Source: Clostridiales bacterium (GTDB lineage: Bacteria > Bacillota > Dehalobacteriia > UBA7702). From it: DNA of 64,000 nt. The position numbers and the translations under genes are program-made. The stretch spans positions 9,869-73,868 of the forward strand of contig JAXGQI010000004.1 of NCBI GenBank assembly GCA_040766525.1. Direction: 5' to 3'. The notes under the pieces were generated by a model. That model ran no database searches and was not told where the DNA came from. It saw only the letters and a program-made list of their open reading frames with translations. This document shows positions 62,691-64,000 of the stretch, piece by piece; the first letter of the stretch is position 1, and each line of letters starts with the position of its first letter.

Positions 62691-63893
62691 TTATTCGGCA
62701 ACACCGGAAACGACGCCGGCGCCAACGGTACGGCCGCCTTCACGGATAGCGAAACGGAGACCTTCTTCAATCGCGATGGGGGTGATCAATTCGATCGTCA
62801 TCTTGATGTTGTCCCCGGGCATTACCATTTCTACGCCTTCAGGAAGATATGCTACACCGGTTACGTCCGTTGTTCTGAAATAGAACTGCGGCCGATAGCC
62901 ATTGAAGAACGGCGTATGACGCCCACCTTCTTCTTTAGTCAAAACATACACTTCGCCTTCAAATTTCGTATGCGGTTTGATGCTGCCGGGTTTCGCCAAT
63001 ACTTGGCCTCTTTCTACTTCTTTTCTTTCAATACCACGAAGCAGACATCCGATATTGTCTCCCGCTTCCGCATAGTCCATCAATTTACGGAACATTTCTA
63101 CCCCGGTGACAACCGTCTGCCGCGGTTCTTCGTTCAAACCAACGATCTGTACGGTATCCCCAACCTTGACCTGTCCTCTTTCTACTCTACCGGTTACAAC
63201 GGTACCGCGGCCGGTAATCGTGAAGACGTCTTCAATCGGCATCAGGAAGGGTTTATCCACATCCCGTTCCGGCGTCGGAATATATTCGTCAACCGCATCC
63301 ATCAATTCCCAAATCTTTCCGCACCATTCGCAATCTCTCGATCCGCAGCCGCATTCTCCGGCTTTCAATGCAGAACCCGCAATGATCGGAATATCGTCTC
63401 CCGGAAATTCGTATTCGCTCAATAATTCCCGGACTTCCATTTCTACCAATTCCATCAGCTCTTCATCGTCGACCATATCCGCTTTGTTCAAAAATACAAC
63501 AATGTACGGTACCCCAACCTGTCTTGCCAACAGAATGTGTTCTCTCGTTTGCGGCATCGGGCCATCCGCTGCCGATACAACCAAAATCGCTCCGTCCATC
63601 TGCGCTGCACCGGTGATCATGTTCTTGACATAGTCAGCGTGTCCCGGGCAGTCCACATGGGCATAGTGCCGTGTTGCTGTCTGGTATTCCACATGCGCCG
63701 TATTGATCGTGATACCACGTTCTCTTTCTTCCGGCGCCGCGTCAATTTGAGCATAACTTGTTGCTACCGCACCGCCTTCTTTCGCCAGACATGTCGTGAT
63801 CGCTGCCGTTAAGGTCGTTTTCCCATGGTCTACGTGACCAATCGTTCCTACATTTACGTGCGGTTTTGTCCGCTCAAATTTTTGTTTCGCCAT
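62691..63893 (-). CDS. tuf: Elongation factor Tu (with a CGCG...CEWC insertion in domain I)
   Basis: 400 aa; [24 protein letters not shown]-motifs. Confidence 0.97.
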   Translation of the reverse strand: MAKQKFERTKPHVNVGTIGHVDHGKTTLTAAITTCLAKEGGAVATSYAQIDAAPEERERGITINTAHVEYQTATRHYAHVDCPGHADYVKNMITGAAQMDGAILVVSAADGPMPQTREHILLARQVGVPYIVVFLNKADMVDDEELMELVEMEVRELLSEYEFPGDDIPIIAGSALKAGECGCGSRDCEWCGKIWELMDAVDEYIPTPERDVDKPFLMPIEDVFTITGRGTVVTGRVERGQVKVGDTVQIVGLNEEPRQTVVTGVEMFRKLMDYAEAGDNIGCLLRGIERKEVERGQVLAKPGSIKPHTKFEGEVYVLTKEEGGRHTPFFNGYRPQFYFRTTDVTGVAYLPEGVEMVMPGDNIKMTIELITPIAIEEGLRFAIREGGRTVGAGVVSGVAE

Positions 63894-63925
63894 TTTTATG
63901 ACCTCCTAAATCATTCACAATCATT

Positions 63926-64000
63926 TTAGATTCTTACTTTATTGATAATGGTCTCCGCAATACTGGCGGGAACCTCTTCATAGTGGGCAAATTGCATTAC
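63926..64000 (-). CDS. fusA: Elongation factor G, C-terminal 24 codons (5' part beyond the window)
   Basis: Minus-strand translation from the window edge gives VMQFAHYEEVPASIAETIINKVRI, stop at 63926-63928. Canonical position upstream of tuf. Confidence 0.8.
   Translation of the reverse strand, partial: VMQFAHYEEVPASIAETIINKVRI

Overview
This is a 64-kb chromosomal segment from what looks like a spore-forming Firmicutes (Clostridia-like) bacterium; cwlD, a sigma-K-like promoter and the gene order support that. All calls rest on my own reading of the sequence and ORF track, with no database searches. From left to right the window holds: (1) a Mo-hydroxylase (Mop-like aldehyde oxidoreductase) with an Fe-S flavoprotein partner. 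(2) A broken collagen-like (BclA-type) gene and a degenerate IS3-family element. (3) A type II fatty-acid synthesis cluster (MarR/FabT-like regulator, fabH-acpP-fabK-fabD-fabG-fabF-fabZ). (4) A class-III aminotransferase. (5) A sigma-54-controlled methylated-amine locus: PAS/AAA+ enhancer-binding protein, three upstream palindromes, a TGGCAC-N5-TTGC promoter, a BCCT transporter, a non-Pyl MttB-family methyltransferase, then mtbB and mttB, followed by an SSS transporter. mtbB and mttB each carry one in-frame UAG exactly where pyrrolysine sits in the archaeal enzymes. (6) An uncharacterised three-gene operon ending in an ASCH-domain gene. (7) A roughly 1-kb AT-rich islet next to a tRNA(CAT). (8) Housekeeping genes: rpoD-dnaG-dgt, a GntR-ABC module, pyrK-pyrD, yycJ-htrA-rlmH, murA, cwlD, rplM-rpsI, truA-ecfTA2A1. 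(9) The alpha/spc/S10 ribosomal-protein operons with tuf and the 3' end of fusA. Three observations stand out. First, the Pyl-type UAG codons. Second, a three-copy family of structured elements of roughly 100-125 nt with compensatory stem changes. Third, a very high density of frameshifts in essential genes, especially 48.7-54.1 kb. The frameshifts most likely reflect indel errors in the assembly, so every pseudogene call here needs caution. I saw no rRNA genes and no CRISPR array.
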